Below are positions 1-10,833 of a DNA stretch of 64,000 nt, in pieces. A model generated the notes under the pieces. The model searched no databases. It saw only the letters and a program-made list of their open reading frames with translations, and had not been told where the DNA came from. Source of the stretch: Giardia intestinalis (taxonomy: Eukaryota); NCBI GenBank assembly GCA_000002435.2, contig CM018791.1. The stretch is one strand, 5' to 3'. Each line of letters starts with the position of its first letter. Within the stretch, counting starts at the first letter, position 1. Both the position numbers and the translations under genes were made by a program.

Positions 1-1383
1 CCAGCACTAAAAATTCAGGTCAAGTTCCCTACACCATGGAAGGGTGTGAAGGTCCTTACACTAATTGCCAAGTATGGGGGATTATTAACTAAGATGGGGA
101 CGATTCAAAGCCGACAGTGTGGCCAGCAGATTTTTAGAACCCTCGTTGACGATGTCCTTGACAACGAAGAGTCCAATCAGACCCCTGAGCAGCGCCTCAA
201 TTATCTCCACTTCCTCATTCGTACTTGTAGGGTTTACTGCAATGATGAACCCCGAGTTCGAGAAACAGCAGAAGAGTGTGTGTCACGCATTGTTGAGTGC
301 TGGAACTCTCACTTGGCTGGCGACAACAAAGATGGCATCATCCACTGGGACAAAACTAGCGTCACAGAACTCACAATGCTTTCAGAAGTGGACAAGTATG
401 CACGATCACTGATAGACGATCAAAAGCGAACCCTTAACGAGGCTCTGACAAGCAGCGTTAATCTGTCAAACGCAAACCCCAGCACCCTGTCTCCAACGCT
501 CCGGATGCTTCTCCGCAACATACCCCCCACAACCCAGGTGGAACTGCAAATACCAAGCCTCCGCTTGGGAACTCTTAAAGACTTACTTTTTAAATTGATT
601 AGCGACTATGAGGAGTTCTTCCTCAACTCAAATGCAAATAATAAATCTTGCGGCGGAACCCCAGACGAAGTGGATAATGATAATGAGACCCCAGAAATTG
701 TATTGCTCCGCATGCGCTCGATTGCCGAGAGTTTCTACAAACGCAAGGACGGGTCGTACGATGTAAGCAAGATATCGGATATTGTAGACCTTCTGCGCTA
801 TGAAGTTCTTCAGCGACGAGCCATTCTAACAACGGATATTCAGAACACACTAAAGCAGGCCTGGGACGCGGCTAAGATATTAGCTAAAGTCACTGTTCAC
901 CAGGAGTTTGGGCTGGCAGATCTCTGGAAGTTCGCCATTGCATCTCTAATCTGTAACGACTTGTTGAAGTATATTATCGATGATCTAAAAAGTCCGGGGT
1001 TGCTCTTCTACTTCACTTCTGAAAGCCATCTGCACGGGCTCCTAAACCTCCTATTATGCTCTCCTATCTCCAAGTGCCAGGTTGAGCGCGACTCTGTGTC
1101 TAGTGTAGACTTCTTATCGCATTTCATTTTTAAGGCGTACACAGACTCCAGCGATGGTAGATGTTCACGAATTGAGGTATACTGGAGTCGTGGCAGTGCA
1201 CACTCCCCCTACAAACTGGACACGTCGAGCTCAGAAAGCGTTCTGCGTGTCCAGGAGCCCATTCTAATGTCTGATATCTTGATTCCTAGCGATCTACAAG
1301 ATATGCTAGACAGTAGCAAAGATATCATTGATTTAATAAAAGCTAGAGACGCCGATCTGATGCCACTCTTGCCCACAATGTGA
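1..1383 (+). CDS. Hypothetical protein, 5'-partial. The frame is open from base 1, so the gene begins upstream of the window.
   Basis: Long ORF (>445 aa) with no in-frame stop between 1 and 45. The listed start at 46 is a GTG. No recognisable domain by eye. Confidence 0.5.
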   Translation, partial: PALKIQVKFPTPWKGVKVLTLIAKYGGLLTKMGTIQSRQCGQQIFRTLVDDVLDNEESNQTPEQRLNYLHFLIRTCRVYCNDEPRVRETAEECVSRIVECWNSHLAGDNKDGIIHWDKTSVTELTMLSEVDKYARSLIDDQKRTLNEALTSSVNLSNANPSTLSPTLRMLLRNIPPTTQVELQIPSLRLGTLKDLLFKLISDYEEFFLNSNANNKSCGGTPDEVDNDNETPEIVLLRMRSIAESFYKRKDGSYDVSKISDIVDLLRYEVLQRRAILTTDIQNTLKQAWDAAKILAKVTVHQEFGLADLWKFAIASLICNDLLKYIIDDLKSPGLLFYFTSESHLHGLLNLLLCSPISKCQVERDSVSSVDFLSHFIFKAYTDSSDGRCSRIEVYWSRGSAHSPYKLDTSSSESVLRVQEPILMSDILIPSDLQDMLDSSKDIIDLIKARDADLMPLLPTM

Positions 1384-1411
1384 CAGATCAGACAAGTTGA
1401 TCCTTAACTCG

Positions 1412-4400
1412 TTAAGTTGCGAAGTCGACCCAATACTCGTCTAATTCTGCACTTGTCGGTATCTGCGTGCCAACCTCCATCACCTCTGCATCTGCTGGTC
1501 TTGCCATGGTCACAAACGGCAACCGGAGATTGACGTCCCCACAGGGGGCGATGCTTTCAACATATCTCTTGCACTGCTCGTAACGGCATCGGTGCCTGAG
1601 GGGAAAGTTTCCCTCACGAAACTGGAAGGGGAACCGTCGTGAAACCCAGCTCTTGAATAGCTCAAATGAGTACTCGTCCTTTCCGAATTCAGATGCTATG
1701 AATGCACTTTTCTGCTCCACAGCCTCTAACTTTATAAAGCAGTCCTTCTGTTCTATCTTAGAGATACACTCAGAGCAGACACACCTTCTACAGTAGTGGA
1801 TGTACGGCTGTCTGTTTGCTAGTTTAAACGACGACTGTGTGTAGTCCTCCACCATGTGTTGATACACTGTGTCTGGCTTATTGTGGTTGTGGATAGACGT
1901 CCCCGTGCTAGTACCTAGATCCTCAACAGTATAGGCTGTTGTAGCAGACACTGCGGAGGAGCGCATGCACTCATCCAGGTAGAGGGCGTTGAAATATCCG
2001 TCACTAGATTCATCATACTGGATTGTTACGTCAAACGACACCTGCTTATGATACGTGTTCATTTCCAAGAGAAAGCGTAGATCTTGGAGTTTGCCAACCT
2101 TATATATCTCTTCGGTTAACTCAAATGCCGAACCGTTCGCACCGAGGTACTTGCACCACTTATCCTTTTGCTGGAACTGCTTTATGGACATGATGCCTGG
2201 GAGCGATACTTCTGGCTTCCGCTGGTGTGAGCAACACAATGGAGTCAATGCTTCAGCAACTTTCTCCTTTATTGCTTTACGATATCTTGCCGAAGCACCT
2301 ATGTTAAGCCACGACAATTCAGCTATTGGTATAAGTGCCACGGGGGTGTTACCATTGGCATGAAAGTAAAACTTGAGACCAGCAGACAGAGGCACAGCTG
2401 TTTCAACAGACGGCTCGGTATCAAAGTGCTTATATGTTTCAAAGCATTCTTCAGACTCCGTGTCTAACTCTTGTATGCATACGGTGTTGGAGGTGCGGCG
2501 CTTGTCAAACACAGCCATGTAGCTGTTTGTTGAATGTTCCTCATTGAGATCTCGCGAAACCAGCGGTATCTCGTCATCCAGCTGCACTGAGCTGACCTTT
2601 TTGTTACTCATGGTTGCGCGTTTGACAAGTACGCTTCCAGACACCTCCGGTGCTTTTGAAGTTGTCTTTTCATTGGCAGCGCTCAATCCTTGTGGGAATA
2701 CAATGGTTGGGATCTGCGTGACGCTTGTCTGTTGTGATTTTAGAGACGCCAAAAGAGCATCGTTGATAATTTCACCTGTGGGTAGTTCCTTGAAGACGTC
2801 ACCTCCGCACGTATAACATGGAGATGCATGCCTAATGGTTACGTCATAGTTTGTATCAATATTGTCGCTTAGCTTAACCCGGCGCTCATTTTGACAAATA
2901 CAAATGCAGTGCGGCTCGACTTTGTCCACTATGGTAGTACCGAGAGGAGGGAGGATTGCTTGCTTGTTATTTAGAACATAGAGGATAGTAAGGAACTTCC
3001 CTATAACACCTATATTCTCTCTGTATTGGAGAAGAAGCCTGTCACCGCAGTATCCGAGAATCCTCGGTAGGGGGAGCGTAGGATAAGGAAGCAATTCAGC
3101 TGCACTTGAAACAGCATATATCTTTGCCAGCAAGCACCTGACAGAATAGGAATGAGATCCGAGAATGGCCTGTGTAGATGCTGTTGTTATCCGAATGTGA
3201 GACGACTGATTGGCGACATTTGTCGGCAACTCAGGGAACTCTCCCAGTATCATGCTTTGAAGAGAATTTAGGGTATCACGCTTATTAATTACAGCAGAAG
3301 CGTGGCCTGAAGGGGCTACTGCAGGCGTCACGCTGTGTCCTGGCGTCTCATCCATGTATGTCAAGAGCCCTGGTATATCTGTGGGTAGGTCACTCTGCTT
3401 TTGCGGGATGGCTTTGTTTGGGGACGACTGGGGATACACAGGAGTTTCATACTTATATTGACAAGAGTTTAGGGGTGGGGTTATTAATGATGCACTGTTA
3501 CGTTCCGTGTGTAGAGGAGATGTCAGCGTTACTTGTTGCACAATTGAATCCAGGTGAGCCTGATTTATTCCATCCATGATGCCACCGTCCTGGTAGCTTT
3601 TCCCGTCAACTGAAACCCTTGCCGCCTGCTCACTGGAGGGTAGCACGTGCCCGGATTCCTCTAGATTGATAAGTGAGTCGTTTGCATGAAAGAACTCAAA
3701 CAGGTCCTTTTCTTGTTTTGAAATTACCTGTACGCTCATTGATTGTCTGTTTGTGATACTGCTTAGCGTACTGGCTCCACTCATGCGTGCCTGATCTTTG
3801 TACATATCGCTCTGAAGTTCTTCATCATCGACATTAGCTGAAGAAGGGAGACAGCACTCTGCACTCGATCTCCTCATGTTGGGCAAGTTAGGAAATTGAG
3901 TTCCGTAAATAGCTGAATCTTTTTCTGATGCGGGCTTAGGTTTAGTAGCGAGAGGAGGGTTTAAGAGGAGAGCAGTGCCACTTAACTGTGAGATTTGACC
4001 GGATTGCACAAAACCGGATTGAAGCTCTTTCAACTCAGGAGTTGCACACAGTGTAGACGAAGCTTGTACTGCTTCCTGGGTAGTCAGCTCCACTGTAGGA
4101 CCAGATATCGCTGATTGTTGGTCAGGCAGAGTGGTAGAACCATCCAAGGGTTGATCCTGCCGATTTTTGTACACAACCACATCCTCCTGTGTTTTCTTCA
4201 GCCTGTCAATGGCCTTCTGCACAGAAGACCTTGTCTCATACCTCGACATAGCTTCTATATTGTCCATCTCTGGCTGAATACCTGAGATGAGCGCCAGGCG
4301 TGAGTGCAAACGTATCTCCTTCTCTGAAACTGGGAGCCAGCGAGGATCCATTTTGAGTATGTACTGTATGGTGCTGCTCCCGTTGTTAGAGACCTGAGCC

Positions 4401-5956
4401 ACGTTACCACACGTGTTACAGAAGCCGTTCTTGAAGAGACGGCCTTTACACATCTCACAGCGCATATCTTGATCTGATACTTTGACGAGATTTGCTCTGT
4501 TGGCCATTATGTTCGCCATTGCTGTCTTCCCATTCACAGAGTACATGGTCATATAACGTAGCCACAAGTCACAAAGATCCTTAGTCAGTACCTCTGCTGT
4601 GAAGCAATTTTGTCCTAGAGTAAATTCAATTGTCCGCTCACCTATTCGTGTAATCTTTAGATTGGTCGACGTCATGTCTATTTCGCCCTTCTGAACCATT
4701 GTGGACACATCAATATAAAAGAGTCGGGGAAAATCCGTAAGCACAAAACGACGTTGCTTGGGAAGCCGAAGCACGCGTCTTTTAACCACATCTATGCTGT
4801 ATATGATGTTCTCGCCAGGAATTAAAAATCTACGCAACGGAGAATCCTTGGAGCGATATTCGCTAGTATCTATCAAGTTCAGCATATTGGCTTGATCTGA
4901 ATTCATAATTTTAGGCACTTTCATGTGTTTAAACTCCTGCAGATCAGAAAATACAATGGAAGGATTGAAAGGAGGCATTTGGTTGTTGAGATTGGCGAAG
5001 TCCACGTTATGCTCAGTAAAAAACGGGTGCTTCTTAATGGCCCGCCAGCCACCGTTGAAGCGTTTAGTGGGGTCTTTTGTCAACAAGCGTTTTATTAAAT
5101 CTGCTGCATCAGGGCTCACGGTCTTCGGTACAATCACCTTTTGCTTCTCTATCGCCTGCATAATAGCAAGCTCAACGTCTCCCATGAAGGCAGGCATCCC
5201 TGTCAGACACTCATAAAGGATACACCCGAGACCCCAGACATCTTGAGGAGACATGTAGAGGAGACCATGCCTATTTGACTCTGGGGCGTTGTAGCAAACC
5301 GTGCCATATATGCTACATCTGGGCTGTTGGTCCATATTCTGCAGTTTCTTCTGCAAGGTACCCTGAGAATCATTACTTGCAGCTGCTGAAGAGGTAGACA
5401 TATAGGCAGAGGGTGGAAAAGACTTGGTGCCGATAGCCATAGACACCTCATCGAGAGGCAGCTGCTTAGAGGTCCCGAAGTCAGCAATACGAACATGTCC
5501 GCCACGGGTAAGAAGGATATTCGATGGCTTAATATCTCGGTGGCAGTATCCGATGCTGTGAAGGCCTTCTAACCCCAGAATGATTTCTGCAATTAAGAAC
5601 CGCGTCCAATCCTCAGGAAGCACACGGTAACATTTTATTAAGCTAGAAAGATCTCCCAGGCTTGCATACTCCAGGATAAGCGTTGTAAAATCGTTTTTGT
5701 CAGTCTTTGAATAGAGGCGAATTATATTGGTCAGGTTTTTGTTTTGCGCGGTCCTCAGTGCTACTACTTCCCGATCCAAGGTGTACAGAAGCTTGTCGTT
5801 CTCCAATGCTTTCCTATTAATTACCTTTAGCCCTACCTCCAAGCCTGTTTCTGCATCGATGGCGCGATATACTTTGCCGTAGCTTCCTTCTCCAAGGAAG
5901 TCTATAACATCAAATCCTGGAAAGTCGCCGGTTGTGCTCTGCTGTTCAAAAGGCAT
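1412..5956 (-). CDS. Large Ser/Thr protein kinase (1514 aa). It has an N-terminal catalytic domain, a long activation-loop insert, a PH-like segment and a RanBP2/NZF-like Cys4 finger.
   Basis: Kinase motifs are GEGSYGKVY (Gly loop), VGLKV, HRDIKPSNILL, DFG ... APE and DVWGLGCILYE. Mid-protein there is CEMCKGRLFKNGFCNTCG. It is convergent with the upstream gene, with a 28-bp gap. Confidence 0.8.
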   Translation of the reverse strand: MPFEQQSTTGDFPGFDVIDFLGEGSYGKVYRAIDAETGLEVGLKVINRKALENDKLLYTLDREVVALRTAQNKNLTNIIRLYSKTDKNDFTTLILEYASLGDLSSLIKCYRVLPEDWTRFLIAEIILGLEGLHSIGYCHRDIKPSNILLTRGGHVRIADFGTSKQLPLDEVSMAIGTKSFPPSAYMSTSSAAASNDSQGTLQKKLQNMDQQPRCSIYGTVCYNAPESNRHGLLYMSPQDVWGLGCILYECLTGMPAFMGDVELAIMQAIEKQKVIVPKTVSPDAADLIKRLLTKDPTKRFNGGWRAIKKHPFFTEHNVDFANLNNQMPPFNPSIVFSDLQEFKHMKVPKIMNSDQANMLNLIDTSEYRSKDSPLRRFLIPGENIIYSIDVVKRRVLRLPKQRRFVLTDFPRLFYIDVSTMVQKGEIDMTSTNLKITRIGERTIEFTLGQNCFTAEVLTKDLCDLWLRYMTMYSVNGKTAMANIMANRANLVKVSDQDMRCEMCKGRLFKNGFCNTCGNVAQVSNNGSSTIQYILKMDPRWLPVSEKEIRLHSRLALISGIQPEMDNIEAMSRYETRSSVQKAIDRLKKTQEDVVVYKNRQDQPLDGSTTLPDQQSAISGPTVELTTQEAVQASSTLCATPELKELQSGFVQSGQISQLSGTALLLNPPLATKPKPASEKDSAIYGTQFPNLPNMRRSSAECCLPSSANVDDEELQSDMYKDQARMSGASTLSSITNRQSMSVQVISKQEKDLFEFFHANDSLINLEESGHVLPSSEQAARVSVDGKSYQDGGIMDGINQAHLDSIVQQVTLTSPLHTERNSASLITPPLNSCQYKYETPVYPQSSPNKAIPQKQSDLPTDIPGLLTYMDETPGHSVTPAVAPSGHASAVINKRDTLNSLQSMILGEFPELPTNVANQSSHIRITTASTQAILGSHSYSVRCLLAKIYAVSSAAELLPYPTLPLPRILGYCGDRLLLQYRENIGVIGKFLTILYVLNNKQAILPPLGTTIVDKVEPHCICICQNERRVKLSDNIDTNYDVTIRHASPCYTCGGDVFKELPTGEIINDALLASLKSQQTSVTQIPTIVFPQGLSAANEKTTSKAPEVSGSVLVKRATMSNKKVSSVQLDDEIPLVSRDLNEEHSTNSYMAVFDKRRTSNTVCIQELDTESEECFETYKHFDTEPSVETAVPLSAGLKFYFHANGNTPVALIPIAELSWLNIGASARYRKAIKEKVAEALTPLCCSHQRKPEVSLPGIMSIKQFQQKDKWCKYLGANGSAFELTEEIYKVGKLQDLRFLLEMNTYHKQVSFDVTIQYDESSDGYFNALYLDECMRSSAVSATTAYTVEDLGTSTGTSIHNHNKPDTVYQHMVEDYTQSSFKLANRQPYIHYCRRCVCSECISKIEQKDCFIKLEAVEQKSAFIASEFGKDEYSFELFKSWVSRRFPFQFREGNFPLRHRCRYEQCKRYVESIAPCGDVNLRLPFVTMARPADAEVMEVGTQIPTSAELDEYWVDFAT

Positions 5957-6110
5957 CTGTGCAATTTAATTTTTGAGACGATCTTCTCAGTGGTGCATGG
6001 TAGATGTTTGCAGAGCCACGCCACTATGAGGACAAATGAGTAAGAATGGCAAAAGCTATCCACGCTGAGTACAAATCCAAGTATGAAGAACTATGATTCG
6101 AGAGTGCAAT

Positions 6111-8588
6111 TTACAGATCGCTTGCGATGGACATTGAAACCGAGGCTTGCTCGTTAACGGGAGCGTTGTTTCTTTCTAGATACAAACATTCTTCTTGGAT
6201 GTGGTGTTCTACGTCAGAAGCAAGCGAGGGCACAGAAATGGATTCGACGGGAGAGTCTTGTGGCCTGTGGAAGGCAGAGCCATCTGTAGCCACACTGTAG
6301 TGTATATCAACATCAGGAGCGTTGGGAGACAGCGTTGCCCGAGAGCCACGGTCAGACGATCTGACAGACATGTTACCTGGAACCATGGATGCATGGCCAG
6401 AGCCATGAGATCTGATTGTTCGATAAGCTGGCTCTGGAGAAGCTGTGAGCAGGTTTTCTGGTTCTGTCTTATGAACAACATCAACCACACTTGCCATCTC
6501 AGCGTTTGTCACCAAGTCTTGAAGTGCTTGATAGACAAGTGGTTCACAATGGTCTCGGAGATAATCCATTGAGGGCCTTCCCTTGCGCACTATAACGTTC
6601 CACTCAGCTAGTCCCAAAAGCTCTATGATTTGAAGTTTCGTGTCAGCAGGTACGGAGCTGGTTAAGCCGTATATCAAAGCAGTAAACCCTTCATTGGATT
6701 GAATGCCTACCTCGTAATCCCTCAGGATTGCAACTATGTCCAAGTGCCCGGCGGCCGCTGCATACATCATGGCTGTCATGCCCTCCTTGTTTCTGTATCT
6801 ACACTCATGTGCAAGTAGAAGTCCTGCACCCTGATAAAAGCCAGCGTTTGCACACTCCATAAGGGCTGTGCAGCCTCTAGTATCAGTGGCTCCTACCATC
6901 CTTGTTGTGCTAAGAAGCTGAATCACATCAGAGTTTCCATGCTGACACGCAAGCATCAAGGGGGTCCTACCGTGCTCTTCGGTGACATCCTCCTCATAAG
7001 GAAGCAGGATCTCCGCTATGTCCCTATACCCGAGAACAGCCGCAAAGCAAAGAGCTGTAGATCCATTCCGTGTCTTCATCCCGGCCTCCATCCCGGCGAG
7101 AAGACGGACAATCCCTTCTCGCCGAGAAGTTGTAGCATAAATGAGTGCAGTGGTGCGCTGTATGTCTGTCATCCGTGCCTCTTTTGAGACAAGAAGAGCA
7201 GCAAGATCCTCGCGCCCGTGCATGGCAGCTACCATCAAGGCCGTTTTTCCATCCTCTGTTTGATATCTCGCCTCACTTTCCATCAGCAGTTGCACGAGTT
7301 CCGGGGTTCCATTTGCGATCGATATCATCAGTGCCGTCCGCCCGTCCTTCCGGCGCATCTGCTTCTCATAGTCATACAAAAGGGCTGCTATTTCATAGTG
7401 GCCCCTATCACACGCAATCATTAGTGCAGTTGTACCATCCTTTTGGGTATTCCTCACGTATTGCATAGACCTCATTGCAACGCCTAAGTCGCCGATCCGA
7501 GCTGCATGCATAAGGGGGGTTTCCTGAGGTAACCTAGATCCAGCTGAAGTGTGCCTTGTAACTCCTGTAATGGGCAACGGACTTGGCTGTTCATACTGTT
7601 GTAAGCGCTGCATTCGTGCATGCTGCGCAGAAAATATAATCTCGCAATCATCTTCATCGACTCCAACAGCCTCAGATGGGTAGGCTGTATGATTCCCTTG
7701 AAGATTGTTCTGATGATAAGTAGGACACCCAATGGCAGATGTGGAATGGTGGCGTGCATTAACAGAATGTGCAGAATCCGGAGTAGGAGGTGTACTCTGG
7801 TAATGTTGCCGCCCAGGGGGAGGAATCTGTGCTGGCCCTGAGAATGGCTGAGGTTGGGTAGAGAGCTGTTGAGCTAGTGCAGATCCCGGTCTGCTTAGTG
7901 TCCTGGATGCCTGAGTTGATTTGCGAGATGAGCCAAAAACGGTGTGGCCTAACTGGCCAGATTGACCCATTCCATATCCTGAAGATGGTCGCTTACGCGA
8001 TACAGAAGAAGCCCTTTTCAGTTCAGCTCTGGCACGTGCTGCACTTCTTTCGTTTTTCTCTGCCTCCTGTAGATTACTATAGACATAAAGCACTCCCAAA
8101 TCATCCGGAATCATCGCACGAAGGGCGTGATTGATCTGCTTCGTCGTAAGATGTGGTAGAAACTGTTTTATCGTATCTCCGTCAGCCGTAGAGACAGCAA
8201 ATCTAAAGAACTCGGCGAGATGTTTCTTGTCCTTGGCATACTGAGGCAGTAATAACTTAACGTACTCATGTGCCGTATATTGCACAGCTACATACAAAGG
8301 CAGTATATTCTTCTTGGTTAAATGGGCGCCTTCAAGTGCCAAAAGACGCTTGAACGCCGTCATGTTGTCGTACTTAATGGCGTACATGATTGCTGTCCAT
8401 CCTTTTTCTGTTTCGATCCCTGCTTCCTTCGCTATAAGTAAATCCACGCATCTATTATGTCCATGTTGGACACTAATAACCAGTGCAGTACGCCCTTGCT
8501 TATCCTGTTGCTGTGCAAAGGTGTCGATGTTGTCTTTCAAAAAGGTTTCGTCCCCGCGACGAGCGGCGTCGAACCATTCAAATTGCAT
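6111..8588 (-). CDS. Ankyrin-repeat protein of the Giardia 'Protein 21.1' type (825 aa).
   Basis: Repeated GxTALMxAxxxGHxxxVxLL ankyrin units run N-terminal to central, with a low-complexity S/P/Q-rich linker between them. Confidence 0.8.
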   Translation of the reverse strand: MQFEWFDAARRGDETFLKDNIDTFAQQQDKQGRTALVISVQHGHNRCVDLLIAKEAGIETEKGWTAIMYAIKYDNMTAFKRLLALEGAHLTKKNILPLYVAVQYTAHEYVKLLLPQYAKDKKHLAEFFRFAVSTADGDTIKQFLPHLTTKQINHALRAMIPDDLGVLYVYSNLQEAEKNERSAARARAELKRASSVSRKRPSSGYGMGQSGQLGHTVFGSSRKSTQASRTLSRPGSALAQQLSTQPQPFSGPAQIPPPGRQHYQSTPPTPDSAHSVNARHHSTSAIGCPTYHQNNLQGNHTAYPSEAVGVDEDDCEIIFSAQHARMQRLQQYEQPSPLPITGVTRHTSAGSRLPQETPLMHAARIGDLGVAMRSMQYVRNTQKDGTTALMIACDRGHYEIAALLYDYEKQMRRKDGRTALMISIANGTPELVQLLMESEARYQTEDGKTALMVAAMHGREDLAALLVSKEARMTDIQRTTALIYATTSRREGIVRLLAGMEAGMKTRNGSTALCFAAVLGYRDIAEILLPYEEDVTEEHGRTPLMLACQHGNSDVIQLLSTTRMVGATDTRGCTALMECANAGFYQGAGLLLAHECRYRNKEGMTAMMYAAAAGHLDIVAILRDYEVGIQSNEGFTALIYGLTSSVPADTKLQIIELLGLAEWNVIVRKGRPSMDYLRDHCEPLVYQALQDLVTNAEMASVVDVVHKTEPENLLTASPEPAYRTIRSHGSGHASMVPGNMSVRSSDRGSRATLSPNAPDVDIHYSVATDGSAFHRPQDSPVESISVPSLASDVEHHIQEECLYLERNNAPVNEQASVSMSIASDL

Positions 8589-8609
8589 AAAATTTACATG
8601 AATGTTGCC

Positions 8610-10022
8610 TCACCGGTGCATATCTATCCATTTGGCAATAATCTTGGAGGAAACATCCTCTCCAGTGCGTAGAAGGGTGCCAAGATGGCCTCCCTTATTT
8701 AGTACAATGGCAACAACGCACGGATGCTCCTTCAGTTCATCGATATAAATGTTCTTTCCTGTGATGAAGTCATCAAGAGCATTAAGGAACAAAACAGGAA
8801 CCGTCGGATGGAAGAGGCGTATCTTCCCAGTCGGAAGTAGCTCCTTGTAATAGTCTGCATAGTTTTCAAACTCATAGAGTGCGCAACTGAGATGTGCATC
8901 CAAGTCGGACAGTAGCCCACTGCTCATTGCTCGCTCTAACACTTCTGCTGGGTTGTCCACCTTCTCCGCCAGATGTTTCATCAAGTATGCTCTCTTCTCG
9001 GCGTTTTCTCTAAACTCCTGGATCAAGTGTTTGGCTAGCATGCGCTGCACATGCTTTGGGTGATTAAGGGGCGCTTGCACATCGAACGTAGCGTAGCCAC
9101 AGGAGGCAGAGGCTATCACAGCAGAAAGTTCGATGAACGGATAGCGACCTCCTACCCGTTGTACGATATCTGCAAGTGCTTTATCCATGTTGCTATCTGC
9201 CAAAATGCGTGATATTCGCATAGCTCCAAGCGAATAGCCCACAAAGTGGAAGCGCAGGTGCAAAGTCAGTGATTGGCTGTGCCCATCACTCCTCCCTTGG
9301 TTCATGACTGGGTTAGATCGGAGGGCTGCGTACTCTAGCAACAACTTCTGATTCAACTTTATGGAACTGGTTCCCTGCTCTTTTTCTGTTGCGGCAAGTT
9401 GTATACACAAAGCGTCTGCTAAAAACTCCACTGAGAGGTAAGAGTCATGATGGTCCAGGTAGGAGTTCCTCCGAGGCTCGCAGGTATATGGGAACTCGTA
9501 GCCTGGAGTGTTACGGTCGATCATGCAAATAGTCGGAACTCCTCGCTTTTCTATCTCGTGAATCAATCGCCGTACCGGACGAGAGTAGTGCGTCGAGCCG
9601 AAGGGCAACAGCACTATGGCAAGATTGACGACAGGCCCTGCACGTATCTGTTCTCCCGTAAGGTCCATGAACTCTGTTGTCACCGCTGCGTGAAAGAAGT
9701 CGTCGTGATTGTCATGTGCAGAAATCTTGATAACATCGTATTCAAGAGAGACAGCAGGAATACTATAGGGCGCCTTTGCCACCTGAAACTGCGTAAGATG
9801 GGTCCACGGGATGCGATAGTGGCCTGAGAACTCATTCTTCAATGCCGTTAAAATGTCACTGTAACTCTTACTTGTAGCCAATGTACGTACAAAAACATAA
9901 CGCCGCTGAAACAAATAGAGATAGGCGGGCACCGATACTATCATAAGCATGACAAGTACGATGAAGAACGCTCCAAACACTCCAGATATGGGTTCATGGA
10001 ACGTGGTAAGAGATGAAGCCAT
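8610..10022 (-). CDS. Membrane-anchored alpha/beta-hydrolase, a putative serine esterase/lipase.
   Basis: N-terminal TM helix (GVFGAFFIVLVMLMIVSVPAYLYLF). Nucleophile-elbow GxSxG motif FHFVGYSLGAM. There is only a 21-bp spacer to the neighbouring gene. Confidence 0.5.
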   Translation of the reverse strand: MASSLTTFHEPISGVFGAFFIVLVMLMIVSVPAYLYLFQRRYVFVRTLATSKSYSDILTALKNEFSGHYRIPWTHLTQFQVAKAPYSIPAVSLEYDVIKISAHDNHDDFFHAAVTTEFMDLTGEQIRAGPVVNLAIVLLPFGSTHYSRPVRRLIHEIEKRGVPTICMIDRNTPGYEFPYTCEPRRNSYLDHHDSYLSVEFLADALCIQLAATEKEQGTSSIKLNQKLLLEYAALRSNPVMNQGRSDGHSQSLTLHLRFHFVGYSLGAMRISRILADSNMDKALADIVQRVGGRYPFIELSAVIASASCGYATFDVQAPLNHPKHVQRMLAKHLIQEFRENAEKRAYLMKHLAEKVDNPAEVLERAMSSGLLSDLDAHLSCALYEFENYADYYKELLPTGKIRLFHPTVPVLFLNALDDFITGKNIYIDELKEHPCVVAIVLNKGGHLGTLLRTGEDVSSKIIAKWIDMHR

Positions 10023-10241
10023 GAAATAAAGCCAGAGTCTAGTAGAAAAATGAATTACTGCAATTACTGCAATCTGTAGACTCTTGAAATAAGCTTCTCA
10101 GGAGTTGTGCGAGCAACGGGGCCAGCAATCTTCCACAGAAGTTTCATTTGTCCGTCAACAGACGTAGACTAATAGGAAGTTAAAAAAATAAAAGAATTTT
10201 AAATCAATATTAGAGGGCACTTTTAAGCGGCCCTCGAAGCG

Positions 10242-10649
10242 ATGTCTCAGCCCATAATCAAGCCCGGTCTGGTCTGCATAGTCCTCCAGGGCCGCCACGC
10301 GGGGAAGAAGGCCGTGATAGTGGAGGCCTTGCCGCACAACGAGAGGGGGAGCTATGCTATCGTGGCAGGTATCGCTGCCCTCCCTCGTCGCATCACCAAT
10401 TCCATGAGCGATGAGGAGGCCGTGTGCCGTGGAAGAGTTCGCTCGTTTGTCAAATGCATGAATGTGAACCACCTGATGCCCACCTCGTGCAGGCTGGAGA
10501 ACAACTACAAGGACTTCATCTCTACACAGACCGTCGCTGACGTTACCAAGAGGAGGGAGATCATTGAGACAGTCAACAAGGACTTTCAGAGGCGCATCCT
10601 GGAGCACAGGGACACATGGTTCTTCACCAAGTTGCCCATTGATGCTTGA
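10242..10649 (+). CDS. RPL27: 60S ribosomal protein L27e (eL27).
   Basis: 135 aa. KPGLVCIVLQGRHAGKKAVIV ... YAIVAGI ... NHLMPT ... WFFTKL matches the eL27/KOW pattern. AGTAAAT sits right after the stop. Confidence 0.85.
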   Translation: MSQPIIKPGLVCIVLQGRHAGKKAVIVEALPHNERGSYAIVAGIAALPRRITNSMSDEEAVCRGRVRSFVKCMNVNHLMPTSCRLENNYKDFISTQTVADVTKRREIIETVNKDFQRRILEHRDTWFFTKLPIDA

Positions 10650-10833
10650 GCAAGTAAATCGGCCATGTGGTTAGGCCCTACTTTTCCGCCGGGTGAGTTT
10701 GGATTGTAGAGGGGTCCTGTCTGTCCGCGTTTGCTGGATGAGCAGCCAACTCCTGTTACATTTATGGTATGTGCCTCCGCTGGAAAGTAGCCGATGAACT
10801 GCATAAATTTTCAAATTCAAGAAAATTGGCAGG

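Noticed and set aside
10155-10607. 150-aa antisense ORF opposite the eL27 gene, and many 60-130 aa ORFs nested in or antisense to large genes (for example inside the kinase, beta-COP and ankyrin genes).
   Set aside because: They lie inside strongly supported CDSs on the other strand or frame and carry no motifs. In the GC-richer genes they are the usual open-frame artefacts.
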